64,000 nucleotides of DNA from sequence record MK250027.1; one strand, 5' to 3'. The notes beneath the pieces were generated by a model. The model saw nothing but the letters and a program-made list of their open reading frames with translations, had not been told where the DNA came from and did no database searches. The position numbers and the translations under genes were made by a program. How positions within the stretch are numbered: position 1 is the stretch's first letter; every line of letters begins with the position of its first letter. This document shows, piece after piece, positions 43,973 to 54,772 of this stretch.

Positions 43973-45109
43973 ATGATTACAATTACAGAACAATATATAA
44001 AAGAGTACCAAAAGAAATTAGATGATATTTCTAAATCATTTGATTTAGAGAAACAACATATTATAGTTGAAGAATTATCAATTAAAGTTTCTGCACCAGA
44101 TTTTTGGGATGATTTTGAAAGTGCGACATCAATCACAAAAGAACTTAATACAGCAAAAGAAAAGATAGATGATGTTGAACATATGAAAATGCTTATTGAT
44201 GAGTTATCAACTGCATTAATGTATTATAAGGAATTTGAAGGTAAAGATGAAGAAGAATATGTAAATCTAGCGAATTCTGAATTAATTAGTGAATTCAGTA
44301 AATTTGAGGATAAGTATAGATTTGTTGATCCTACAGATTCATTAGGAGCTGTATTAGACATTAATGCAGGTGCAGGAGGAACAGAAGCAAATGATTGGGC
44401 AAATATGTTATTCCGTATGTATGAGATGTGGGCAAAATCAAATAATTATAAGTTTAATGTTTTATATTATTCAGAAGGGGATAAAGTAGGTATTAAAAAT
44501 GTATCTATTGAAATTACTGGTAATAATGCGTATGGAACATTAAAAGGTGAAACCGGTGTTCATAGAATGGTAAGGGTTTCACCATATAATGCACAAGGTA
44601 AACGTATGACTAGTTTTGCTGCAGTTTCTGTTGTGCCTTTAGTAGATAATTCTATCAAGGTTGAAATTGACGATTCTAAATTAACAATAGATACATTTAG
44701 ATCTTCTGGTGCTGGTGGTCAAAATGTAAATAAGGTAGAATCTGGTGTACGTGTAAATTATATGTATACAGATCCAGATACAGGTGAAACAGAAAAAATT
44801 CAAGTTGCAAATACAGAAACAAGAGATCAACCAAAGAATAAAGAAAGAGCAATGCAAATTCTTAAATCTATTCTTTATAAGAAAGCATTGGATAAACAAT
44901 TAGCTAAGAAAAAAGAAATAGAAGATGCAAAACTTAAAAATGAATGGGGTGCACAAATTAGATCTTATGTATTTGATGATAAGCGAGTAAAAGATCATCG
45001 TACAGGTTATCAAACAACTGATGTTGATTCTGTTATGAATGGAAATATAAATGGTTTTATAGAATCATATAATAATTGGATTATTGAGCAAGAAAATAAT
45101 AGACTTTAA
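43973..45109 (+). CDS. prfB: Peptide chain release factor 2
   Basis: GAGGTEANDW, VRVSPY (SPF-type anticodon motif), GAGGQNVNK, WGAQIRSYV; single uninterrupted ORF. Confidence 0.93.
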   Translation: MITITEQYIKEYQKKLDDISKSFDLEKQHIIVEELSIKVSAPDFWDDFESATSITKELNTAKEKIDDVEHMKMLIDELSTALMYYKEFEGKDEEEYVNLANSELISEFSKFEDKYRFVDPTDSLGAVLDINAGAGGTEANDWANMLFRMYEMWAKSNNYKFNVLYYSEGDKVGIKNVSIEITGNNAYGTLKGETGVHRMVRVSPYNAQGKRMTSFAAVSVVPLVDNSIKVEIDDSKLTIDTFRSSGAGGQNVNKVESGVRVNYMYTDPDTGETEKIQVANTETRDQPKNKERAMQILKSILYKKALDKQLAKKKEIEDAKLKNEWGAQIRSYVFDDKRVKDHRTGYQTTDVDSVMNGNINGFIESYNNWIIEQENNRL

Positions 45110-45166
45110 TTAAATATTTTCTTATAAATAATTAATGAAATATTTTCCTATATAAAATAAATTATG

Positions 45167-45174
45167 TATCTTTG
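45167..45174 (+). promoter_or_regulatory. Bacteroidota sigma-A -7 element
   Basis: TATGTATCTTTGTATTGT plus AACAATTAAAAATATA leader. Confidence 0.75.
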
Positions 45175-45221
45175 TATTGTTGATAATTAAATTAGTATAA
45201 ACAATTAAAAATATAAAGGTT

Positions 45222-45443
45222 ATGAAAGTACGTATAGGAAGAGACGAAAAGTTCATTGAACTTGGTAAGTATGACGATATAACAATTATAGATGATGCTG
45301 GTACAGAGTATCGCATTGAAGCAAATGATCCTTGTTATCAAGGTAAGGGTATAAAAGTTTATGATATTGATGGGTGCATTCTTGTAAAACCATCTACATC
45401 AAATCTTGTACAAATTTTCTCAACATCAAAGATTGAGTTGTAA
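45222..45443 (+). CDS. Hypothetical protein
   Basis: 73-aa ORF behind the promoter. Confidence 0.7.
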   Translation: MKVRIGRDEKFIELGKYDDITIIDDAGTEYRIEANDPCYQGKGIKVYDIDGCILVKPSTSNLVQIFSTSKIEL

Positions 45444-45498
45444 TATCTATAATTGTTTTATATGTTAATATGAAAATTTTAACTATAAAATATATTAT

Positions 45499-46026
45499 AT
45501 GGGTTGTCACACATGGGTTTATAAGCGAATCAGTTCGATGTCTAAAGATGAAATAAACAGAGAAATTGATTGTGTTATTAACGAACGTAAACAGCGTTTT
45601 TACATGTCTTCTAATGAAGATGAGTATGCAAATAGAATGGTAAAACTTACTAAAGATAGTTCTGTTGCACCAATGTCTTATGCAGATGCTATTAAACGTT
45701 ATAAAGAAGCAAGAGAAGAAACACAACTTATTATAGATAAGTTAACACTTGCTAAGCAAACAGGTGATTTATCTGTAATAACATATAAAAATGGATTTGA
45801 TACATCAGAAGATGATACATATCTTTTCTTATGTACAAATACTCCATTTAGATGTTATGAATATACAGATAAACAATTTACAAATAAAGATGAATTGATT
45901 TCATATATACATTCTGTTGATCCAAAAAAAATTGAAGTTTATAATAATGATAAATCATTAGATGAACAGATATATGATTTCTTTAAACTTCATGGTGACA
46001 ATAATTTATTATTTGAATTCGGTTAA
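45499..46026 (+). CDS. Hypothetical protein
   Basis: MGCHTWVY start; 175 aa. Confidence 0.75.
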   Translation: MGCHTWVYKRISSMSKDEINREIDCVINERKQRFYMSSNEDEYANRMVKLTKDSSVAPMSYADAIKRYKEAREETQLIIDKLTLAKQTGDLSVITYKNGFDTSEDDTYLFLCTNTPFRCYEYTDKQFTNKDELISYIHSVDPKKIEVYNNDKSLDEQIYDFFKLHGDNNLLFEFG

Positions 46027-46028
46027 AA

Positions 46029-46493
46029 ATGAGAACAAATAAGTTAAATGAATGTGTACTACCAATGATGTATACAAACATGGATTTAGAAATTGATTCT
46101 TATTCATTGTTATGTTGTTTAGATGAAATTGGATTTACATATCCGCCCTATCCTAATTCAACTGAATATTTGAATATTGGTGAATCACGGAACCTTAGAG
46201 AATTTAATGAAACTAATAAACATGTATTCTATCACATGATTTATGATTTTATTAAATGGACATATGGAATATCTGTAAGTTTCTGGGAATCTAAATCAAT
46301 ATCATATAATGAAAGAGGAACAATTGAAAAAGTTGATATTGAAGGTATGGATGAAACATCAGATATATATGGTATTATTACAAATATGGTATTTGATGAT
46401 TTAAATACTGCATATAAAACTGTTGCACATATGATTGTTTCTGATTTAAATTGGAGACATAAGCAAAAGAAAGAATTTTCTAAGGTTAAATAA
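46029..46493 (+). CDS. Hypothetical protein
   Basis: 154-aa packed ORF. Confidence 0.7.
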   Translation: MRTNKLNECVLPMMYTNMDLEIDSYSLLCCLDEIGFTYPPYPNSTEYLNIGESRNLREFNETNKHVFYHMIYDFIKWTYGISVSFWESKSISYNERGTIEKVDIEGMDETSDIYGIITNMVFDDLNTAYKTVAHMIVSDLNWRHKQKKEFSKVK

Positions 46494-46554
46494 GACTTTT
46501 TTAATAAACAAATATATACATAATAATTAATAATATTTTAAATTCTATTTAAAT

Positions 46555-47115
46555 ATGGGATTGTTTGATTTTCTTAATAAGAATAAGTCAGAGGATGTAA
46601 GTACATTGTTTACTGACGAAAATAAAGGAAGTTGTGCTTCTGCAGCTGATGCATATAAGAAGTCTCGTTATGGAATTCTTAAGACTGATAAAATGATGCT
46701 TGAGGAATTTTTCACGGATGTTAAGCTTCTTGTAGAACAGAAAAATATGGAGCGAAGCTATTGTGGAATGGTTCAAATCGGGGATGATATTATTAAGTAT
46801 CTTCCTAAGATTAAGGATCGTCTTGGACGTCAGCTCGGTTATAAAGTAATTGTGTTGGATGATAATACAGTTATTACTAATAATGTATCAAATACAAAAG
46901 ATACAATTAAGAGTGGACATACGTATCTCCTTCTTATTTGGGATAAGTTGTCTGTAGAGGAAGTTGCAGAATATAATGCTACACATCCAGTAAATGATGA
47001 TTCAGATGATACATCAACTGTTGATTCATTGAAGCAAGATGAAGATACAAAGAAAGTTGAAACATCTGATACTTCAAAGAAAAACACAAAGTAGAAGAAA
47101 CTTAATAAAAAATAA
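46555..47115 (+). CDS. Hypothetical protein (ends TAG 47094 in code 11, TAA 47115 in code 15)
   Basis: 179-186 aa. Confidence 0.75.
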
Positions 47116-47124
47116 TTATCAATT

Positions 47125-47155
47125 TGTAGACAATTTGTTTATTAAGTAATATAAA
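47125..47155 (+). promoter_or_regulatory. Sigma70-like promoter TAGACA-N17-TATAAA
   Basis: Third copy of the tRNA-type promoter. Confidence 0.6.
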
Positions 47156-47161
47156 TATTAA

Positions 47162-47390
47162 GATAGAGAAAATGGTGATAGTAATTATACATTTGATGCT
47201 TTTATAATTAACCATTTAATTTGTGTATAATTACTTTTCTTGTAAATATTTGGTTCGGTTAATTAACGAATATTTACAAACAAAGAAGAAAGAAGTAAAA
47301 TGTTTTAGAAGAGAAACATTTTACAAATGGAAAAGGAAAGATAGATATGAGGTGAAAAGTCGTTGTGATAACGGTTTTTCACCATTTTTA
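47162..47390 (+). ncRNA. Candidate structured ncRNA (four hairpins)
   Basis: Hairpins at about 47169-47217, 47240-47279, 47295-47324 and 47351-47383 (last has a T-tail); no ORF; tRNA-type promoter upstream. Confidence 0.5.
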
Positions 47391-47425
47391 TTTTTATAAT
47401 ATTTTCATAATTTAAAAATTATATG

Positions 47426-47433
47426 TATCTTTG
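47426..47433 (+). promoter_or_regulatory. Bacteroidota sigma-A -7 element
   Basis: TATGTATCTTTGTATT. Confidence 0.7.
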
Positions 47434-47462
47434 TATTATAATAATTTAAATATAGAACTATT

Positions 47463-49055
47463 ATGAAATATTTGGTTAATTGGATTGAAAAAGAAATGCA
47501 TCCAGATCAGCATATAAGTTCTAAGTCAACATCTTCAGAATATTTTTACTTCTATGGTAAAAAGGTTCGACTATCTGATCACTTAAATGGTGAACATAAA
47601 GATAATGATTTGGAAATTATATGTGTGCATGATTTATTCGGTAAGAATAAACAATACATTGTAAAAGAGGGTTCATCTCCTTCTATCATGTCTGTTCCTG
47701 ATGTAAAGACTTTAAAAATTGTATTATCTACTTTTTTATTTCAATATAAAAATAGTTATGATAATATACGAATAAAAAATGCTATTACAGAAAGTACACA
47801 AAAAAGTAATTTTGATGTATGCATTGATAAACTCAAAAATGGTGGAATTCTAAATTCTTCTGATATTGGTTCTATTAACGTATATATGAATACTATTTGT
47901 AAACAATGGGGAAGTATGAAAGAAGATCTTCGATTAACAATGTTACATCTGTTTAATTCTGGTAAATCTGTTGATGAAGTTAAAAATATCATTAATGTTG
48001 AATTTCCTGTTAATAATGCAAATAATTGGCAAAATGAAAATATTCAAGATAACATAAACAAAGTATATCAATATATGCCATATGATTATAAAATAGATGA
48101 ACATATTATTTGTCAGAAATCATTATCAGTAAAGAAAATAGAAGATAGTTATAAGAATCTTCTTGTTGAATATGAAAATTATAGACAGCAAACAATAGAG
48201 AAATTGTGTCAGCAAGATAAAGACAGATATGTTAATATCTTTGGTTCATTACTTGTAAAAAATACAGATGGACGTTATTCTAAGTTATCTATAGCACAGA
48301 GAAAGAAATTTAGAGAACTTGCATACAACAAAGTCCCTTATGATATATGTCTTAACGTATTTAATCATACATTTAAGATAAAGAAAAATAAAAGATTCTT
48401 ACCAGAACCTACAGAGCTTGGTAATGTGGTAAATAAATTTTTAAAACTATACAACATTGGTATTGTAAAATATCCAGACGAAGAAGATTTTGATAATATA
48501 TATTCTTCTAACTTTGAAACTAATATTACTACTGTAGAAAGTAATAATGTAGACGAAGTAGAAACTAATAATGTAGACGAAGTAGAAACTAATGATAATA
48601 ATGTTAATGTAGAAGAGATAATCAATTATGATAATGATATAATTCATTTTATTCATGATACTGATAAAGTTATAAAGGAATCTTATGAATATGCAAATGC
48701 AGAATTTTTGAATATTATTGATATTCATGAAATGTTTGATAATAATCAGATTAATATTCTTGATGAAGTAATTAAGAAGATTAATGATACAGATAAGTAT
48801 ACATCATTTGAAACTCGTCGTATCACTGATGTATTTGCAAAGCATTATTCTGATATATGGGATAAGTTAACATGGGGTCAAAAAGAACTTTGTTCAACTA
48901 TTATTACGGAAGAACGAATGAATCTTAATGAAACAGATTTTATTATCAATAAGATATTTGATAAAACATCATTTAATTGGCCTGTAACAGAGCAATGTCG
49001 CAAGGATATTAAAATGTATTGTCAACGTATAAAAGAGAGCCGTATGGCTGCTTAA
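47463..49055 (+). CDS. Hypothetical protein
   Basis: 530-aa ORF with no TAG; 24-bp tandem duplication (NNVDEVET) near 48544-48591. Confidence 0.8.
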   Translation: MKYLVNWIEKEMHPDQHISSKSTSSEYFYFYGKKVRLSDHLNGEHKDNDLEIICVHDLFGKNKQYIVKEGSSPSIMSVPDVKTLKIVLSTFLFQYKNSYDNIRIKNAITESTQKSNFDVCIDKLKNGGILNSSDIGSINVYMNTICKQWGSMKEDLRLTMLHLFNSGKSVDEVKNIINVEFPVNNANNWQNENIQDNINKVYQYMPYDYKIDEHIICQKSLSVKKIEDSYKNLLVEYENYRQQTIEKLCQQDKDRYVNIFGSLLVKNTDGRYSKLSIAQRKKFRELAYNKVPYDICLNVFNHTFKIKKNKRFLPEPTELGNVVNKFLKLYNIGIVKYPDEEDFDNIYSSNFETNITTVESNNVDEVETNNVDEVETNDNNVNVEEIINYDNDIIHFIHDTDKVIKESYEYANAEFLNIIDIHEMFDNNQINILDEVIKKINDTDKYTSFETRRITDVFAKHYSDIWDKLTWGQKELCSTIITEERMNLNETDFIINKIFDKTSFNWPVTEQCRKDIKMYCQRIKESRMAA

Positions 49056-49061
49056 AATAAC

Positions 49062-49105
49062 AAATAGGATAGATTACTAATTAATAGTATATCTATCCTA
49101 TTTTA
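49062..49105. terminator. Bidirectional terminator
   Basis: aaataggatagat/atctatcctattt between convergent genes. Confidence 0.75.
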
Positions 49106-49108
49106 TTT

Positions 49109-52100
49109 TTATATTGCATATCCATTATTACCTTTTGATTTATTATCAGACTATGCTTCTTGTTTCGCTTGCCATGCTCGCGCTTTAGCATTATCGTCAA
49201 CGTCAACAAAGTTCTAGCCATTAGAAACTAAATATGTATTTCTATTTCCTTGGTTAATTTTTGTCATTGTCATATGTTTATGTTTAGGAATATCTGGTAT
49301 ATTATCTTGCATCTTCATATGTTGTCTATGTCTATTCCTTAACTCATCATATGTAGATTCTATTACATCTGCTAATGAAACAAGTTGCTATATATTTGTA
49401 TCCTTTAATTCATCAGTATTTATGGATGTTAATGCTTTAATCTTATTAAATAATTGTTTATCTTTTTCCTATGATATTTTAACCATTTTCATTTCTGGAT
49501 TATAACTAGGATTTTCAATTATATTATCAAATATCATAGATGTTGGAACACTTGTACTTGTATTTAATGAAGGCATCTTCATATTAGAAGTGTCATAACT
49601 ATTATTATAATGATTGTTTACCATTGGAATATTATTAGTTGAACTATTTAAAATAGGTTGTGTCATTTGCATATCTATTTTACTTTCGTTCAATAATGGT
49701 TCAGTCATTACCATATTCTATTGATAATCATTATATACAGGTTGTGTCATTACCATTGATAAACTACTGTCAATTATTTCTGGTGAAAACATTTTCATAT
49801 CAGGTATTGAAGTATTATCAATAGGTTTAGACATAACCATATTTGATAAAGATGTATCATTTATTAATTCAGTCATTACCATATTTGATAAAGATGAACT
49901 ATCTGTTAATTCAGTAAATTTCATATCAGCTGTAGATACATTCATATCTAAATATGTCATATCCATATCTGCTAATGAAATATCTTCATTAGGTTTAACC
50001 ATAATCATATCAGGTAATGATGTATTCAATTCTGGATATGTCATTTTCATATCAGCGGTTGAAACATTCATATCTAAATATGTCATATCCATATCGCCTA
50101 ATGATGTACTTGTATTTAAATATGTCATATCCATATCAGGTAATGATATACTTGCATTAAGATATGTCATATCCATATCTGCTGTAGATACATTCTATTT
50201 TATTGAAGTCATTGTCATATCTCCTAATGATGTACTTGTATTAAGATATGCCATATCCATCTATATTTTTGATGTACTAATATCCATTGGTGTCATCTTC
50301 ATCTAACCATTCGAAGCACCTGTAATTTCAACTTCAAACATCTGATTAGTAAATTTAGTATCATCTCCTTTATTTGGTATCATATCCATCTTTGTTTTAG
50401 TAAGATACATATCCATTTCTACCATTTGATTATGTGCTTGTGGTATATCATCACCTTCCAATGGTTGTAAATTATGATGTTCCTTACTAACATTCTATGG
50501 ATTTGGAATTAAATTCATCTTATTCTTTACTGCATCCTATGGAACAGAAATAAAATTCATACCATTATGTGAACTATCAATATTGATACCAATGAAATTC
50601 ATGTCGACTTTACTTGTATCAAAATATGTAGAATCTTTTTTCATATTCATTTTAGTATGTTCAAGATTCATTTCAGGTTTTACATATGTCATAGAATTAT
50701 GTGAACTGTCTAACTAAGGTTTAACATATGTCATAGAATTATGAGATGTATCTATATTTAATTCTACATATGTCATATCTGATTTAGATATATCCATTTC
50801 CGGCTTAACATATGTCATAGAATTATGTTCTGTATTCATATCGGGTGAAACATAATTCATATCAGTATGATCTAAATTCATCTTAGGTTTAACATAATTC
50901 ATATCTGCATGATCAAGATTCATTTCTGGTTCAACATAATTCTAATCATGTTTATCCAAATTCATATCAGGTGAAACATAATTCTAATCAGGTTTATCCA
51001 AATTCATTTCTGGTTTAATATAATCCTAATCTGGTTTATCTAAATTAAATTCAGGAACAACATATGTCATATTATCATGGTCTAGATTCATTTCTGGTTC
51101 AACATAATTCTAATCTGGTTTATCCAAATTCATATATGGTTTAATATAATTCATAAGATTATGATCAAGATTCATATCTGGGCGAACATAATTCTGTTGA
51201 AATTTATCAAGATTCATTTCTGGTTTTATATAATCCTAATCAGGTTTATCTAAATTAAATTCTGGGATAACATATGTCTAATCTGGTTTATCTAAATTCA
51301 TTTCAGGTTCAACATATGTCATATCATTATGATTCAAGTTAAACTCTGGTGATATATAATCATACTATGGTTTATCAAGATTCATATCTAATTCTTGATA
51401 ATTCTATTTAATCTTATCTAAATTTTCATTAGGTCTAATATAATTATGTTGAATTTTATCAAGATTCATATTAATACATGGATCTATCAAGATAAAACTT
51501 GCATCATCGCCTGTTATTTTTATATTAGGATCTAATTGAGCAGCAGATGTATCTATAATTCCTGGATCAACTATATTATAATATGCATCACTTCCAACTA
51601 CATATGTATTATGTAACATATATTGTATCATTACTTTGATACGATTTTTCATTTGTTCCTATGCTTTTATAACATCAGGTCCATATAATAATTGTTCATG
51701 ATCATAAATATAAGATTCTTCATTAGGTCGTTGTAAATCATTATAGAATGTATCTCTATCAGGATTTGCGGAATCTCTTACTAATACAGGTCTAGAATGA
51801 ATAACTTTCTTAAGATATTTCTTCAAATCTTTCCAAGACTATATAGAATATAAACTATCTCGTACATTTGCCATATGCCATGTATTATCTGGAAGCTGGG
51901 GTCCATATACATCTGCCATACCGTATAATCTATCATAATCAGAATTATCACCAACTTTATGCGTTATTTCTTTATCAAAATACGCAGTATATTCAGATGG
52001 TGTCATGAACATTCTTCTCATCCATCTTGTTCTGAAATTTGCATGATTATCAAAATCAGTTGATGTATAAGAACCTCTTTCTGTAATAGAATCAAAATCA

Positions 52101-53206
52101 GAAATCCAATTAACTGCGTTTTCAGAAGTTGTACTCTTTTTAGAATTATCATCCTAATTTGGATCTAATGTATCTATTTTCTTCATCAAACCATTAGAGT
52201 AATAAGTCTTTACATTCTTAACACTTATAGTTATCTTTGTCTCCGCGTCCTTATGTTCATCATATGCAGTAGCGTATTCATTATCCCATATAGATTCTAT
52301 ATCAAACTCACATGGTCCACATTCCAATGCATATATAGGAAAATTATTCTAATCAACACTATATACTGCAACTTTATCACCTGTAGATTTATCTAACTTA
52401 TATCCTGTCTATAATATACGTCTATCAAATACATATATAATCATTTTGAAATATCTGTATATATCAGGTAATATCCATCTTTGCCATACATCATCATATG
52501 CTGCTTTCCTATACATCTCCAATAATGTTCTGATTTTCAAATCAACACCTTCGTAACATTCCAATGTAATCTTTGCATCTTTTAAACGAACACCCTTTGT
52601 AGCATCAAATGATGTAAGTTTCTCTAAACCGGATATTTTCTTAAATAAATAAGGCATACTTCTTTGAATCTCATACAAACCTTTAACGAATGTTTTTATA
52701 TAAGAAGCTCTCGCATCTTCATTTCTATTCATTAAATAATTATATGTATTATAATGTTCCTGATTACTCCAATTCTCTGTTCTATCAAAATTCAAAAAAT
52801 TAAGGTTAAGCAACCCCATTGGATATTGATCATAATCTTCATAATAGATATTATTGAAAAGACTTGTTTTTTGTTGATTTTTTATTGTTTCTGTATCCAA
52901 AACAGAACATCCCCAATCACCAAACTCAACTTTGAACATAAGTCTTGTCGGATCTTCAAAACCACTACTGAATATTTCCGAATTCATTTCAGTACCGTAT
53001 TCATTTCCCATATGAAATCTTTTCATAATTTCATTCTGTTCCATGAATCTTCCTGATGGTAATGGCCATGTTTCACTATTGGTTACTTTCTCCTCTAATT
53101 CATTTGTCTTTGTATCACCAGTAAGTAATGAATTAAAACCACTTAGGAAATTATATGCTGAATTTGTTCCTTTAACTATATTTTTAACTGCACTAAATAA
53201 ACTCAT
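49109..53206 (-). CDS. Large virion-type protein with 14-aa tandem repeats, 1365 aa (TAG=Gln)
   Basis: Six track ORFs lie in one frame, separated only by TAG; ends TAA 49109. Confidence 0.8.
49560..50300 (-). repeat. Coding 42-bp tandem repeat, tract B (SLxDMxMTYLxxxx)
   Basis: 14-aa period, e.g. SLPDMDMTYLNTST / SLGDMDMTYLDMNV / SLADMDMTYLDMNV. Confidence 0.8.
50640..51480 (-). repeat. Coding 42-bp tandem repeat, tract A (EMNLDKPDQNYVxP)
   Basis: About 19 degenerate units read directly. Confidence 0.85.
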
Positions 53207-53221
53207 AATTTAAATATCATT

Positions 53222-54772
53222 TTATTTTACTGGTGTAATGAATGGTGTCTTATTAGGATGATTTGGTGTATCTACCAATATCAATTTACTTTCATTTCTT
53301 GTTACCGGTGAATACATATCCAATTTATAATTATCACCAATTTCATATTCGTTTTCATATAATCTTATATTACACATCTATAAATTATTTCCTATGTTTT
53401 CAATAGTAAATTCATTTATAGAAAAGTCAAATATATTCCAATCAATAGTTTTATCAGTCTTAAGCACATCTCCTATAACTTTATCGTCTATTTCCTTTGG
53501 TGAACTTATAACTATTCTTGTTTTATCTGGTGATATGTCTAACATTATATAAGACCATATATCAAACTCAAAATTAACAGGTATATGTTTAGATTTATTA
53601 CCGATCTATATTTGTAATTCATTCTATCTTATAAGAACGTCAAACTATATTTTATTATCTTCATCATATCCTCTGATTAATTTATAAATATTAGTCTTAT
53701 AAATTTTAAGAAACTATGAATTCTCATACCATTTTGTTAATTTTTTATTTGCTTTAGTCATATCAGATGATTTAATAGCTATACCTAATGAGTCAACACA
53801 TTCATCTAACTCAACAACGATACCATTAACTTTTATTAATGAGCCTCTTGTTATTGTTATATTATCACCTAATTCCAACTATAATGTTGTCGATACTCTG
53901 AAATACCAATAATTAGAATCTTTTGAATAATATACCAATCGAATAACCTAACTATCTAATATATAGCTTGCAAGATTAACCCAACATGAATATATAAGAT
54001 GATTTCTTTCTGAATTAATTTCATATATTAAATCATCATGATATGTAATATTCTTTGTTGCAATAGAAAAATCATAATATGCATTAGATATAAGATTTCC
54101 ATTAGAACCAAATATTTGATTTGAAATAATAGATTCTATATCACAGTCTTTCTAAGGATCAACATATGTAGTATTATTATAAGATGTTTCAATAGGTGCA
54201 TCAACATCTGCAACTTCTTGTGATATTGTATCTCCAAACAATTCTTCCTATGATGTTGTAAGTTCTTCTACAGAATCTCGGAATTCCTATGTTTCTTGTC
54301 TGGAAGCAGATGGACTATATTTAGATAATATGACTTTATAATATGTTGGAAGTGCTGCTATTGTATAAATTAATTCAGAAGACTATACTTCAAACAATTT
54401 GTGATATATCTATACATAAACAATATCTCCTTTCTACGGCATTGTATTTACACCAAACATACTTTGCCATTCCTATATTGTTATATTAATTTCCAATGGC
54501 TAAACATAATTTAACCCATAAAGATCTATAGTATATTCACCAGGATTATAATCAGCGTTAGAAACAATAACTTTAATAGTTTTAGGACATTCCAATCCAA
54601 CCTATGTTAATGTATATTCCTATAAAACAACATCTTCAGAATTGATAACAGGTGTTGCTCTTGCCCACAAACAGTCAGTTCCAACAGTCTCTGTTGCTGA
54701 CTGTTGGATCTCCTTAACTGTTTCATATGCTGATTTTATAATCTCATTAATATCAATTCCTAAACCTGCCAT
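53222..54772 (-). CDS. T4 gp14-like neck protein with a C-terminal extension (TAG=Gln)
   Basis: EDVVLQEYTL, FGVNTMPQKGDIVYV..LFEV..YKVILSKY resemble gp14; continuous frame. Confidence 0.6.

Noticed and set aside
43973-44100. Programmed +1 frameshift of prfB
   Set aside because: The ORF is continuous from the ATG with no CTT-TGA site
49560-51480. Regular ~42-bp repeats resembling a CRISPR array
   Set aside because: The units are contiguous, degenerate at third codon positions and in frame within a long ORF; there are no unique spacers and no cas genes
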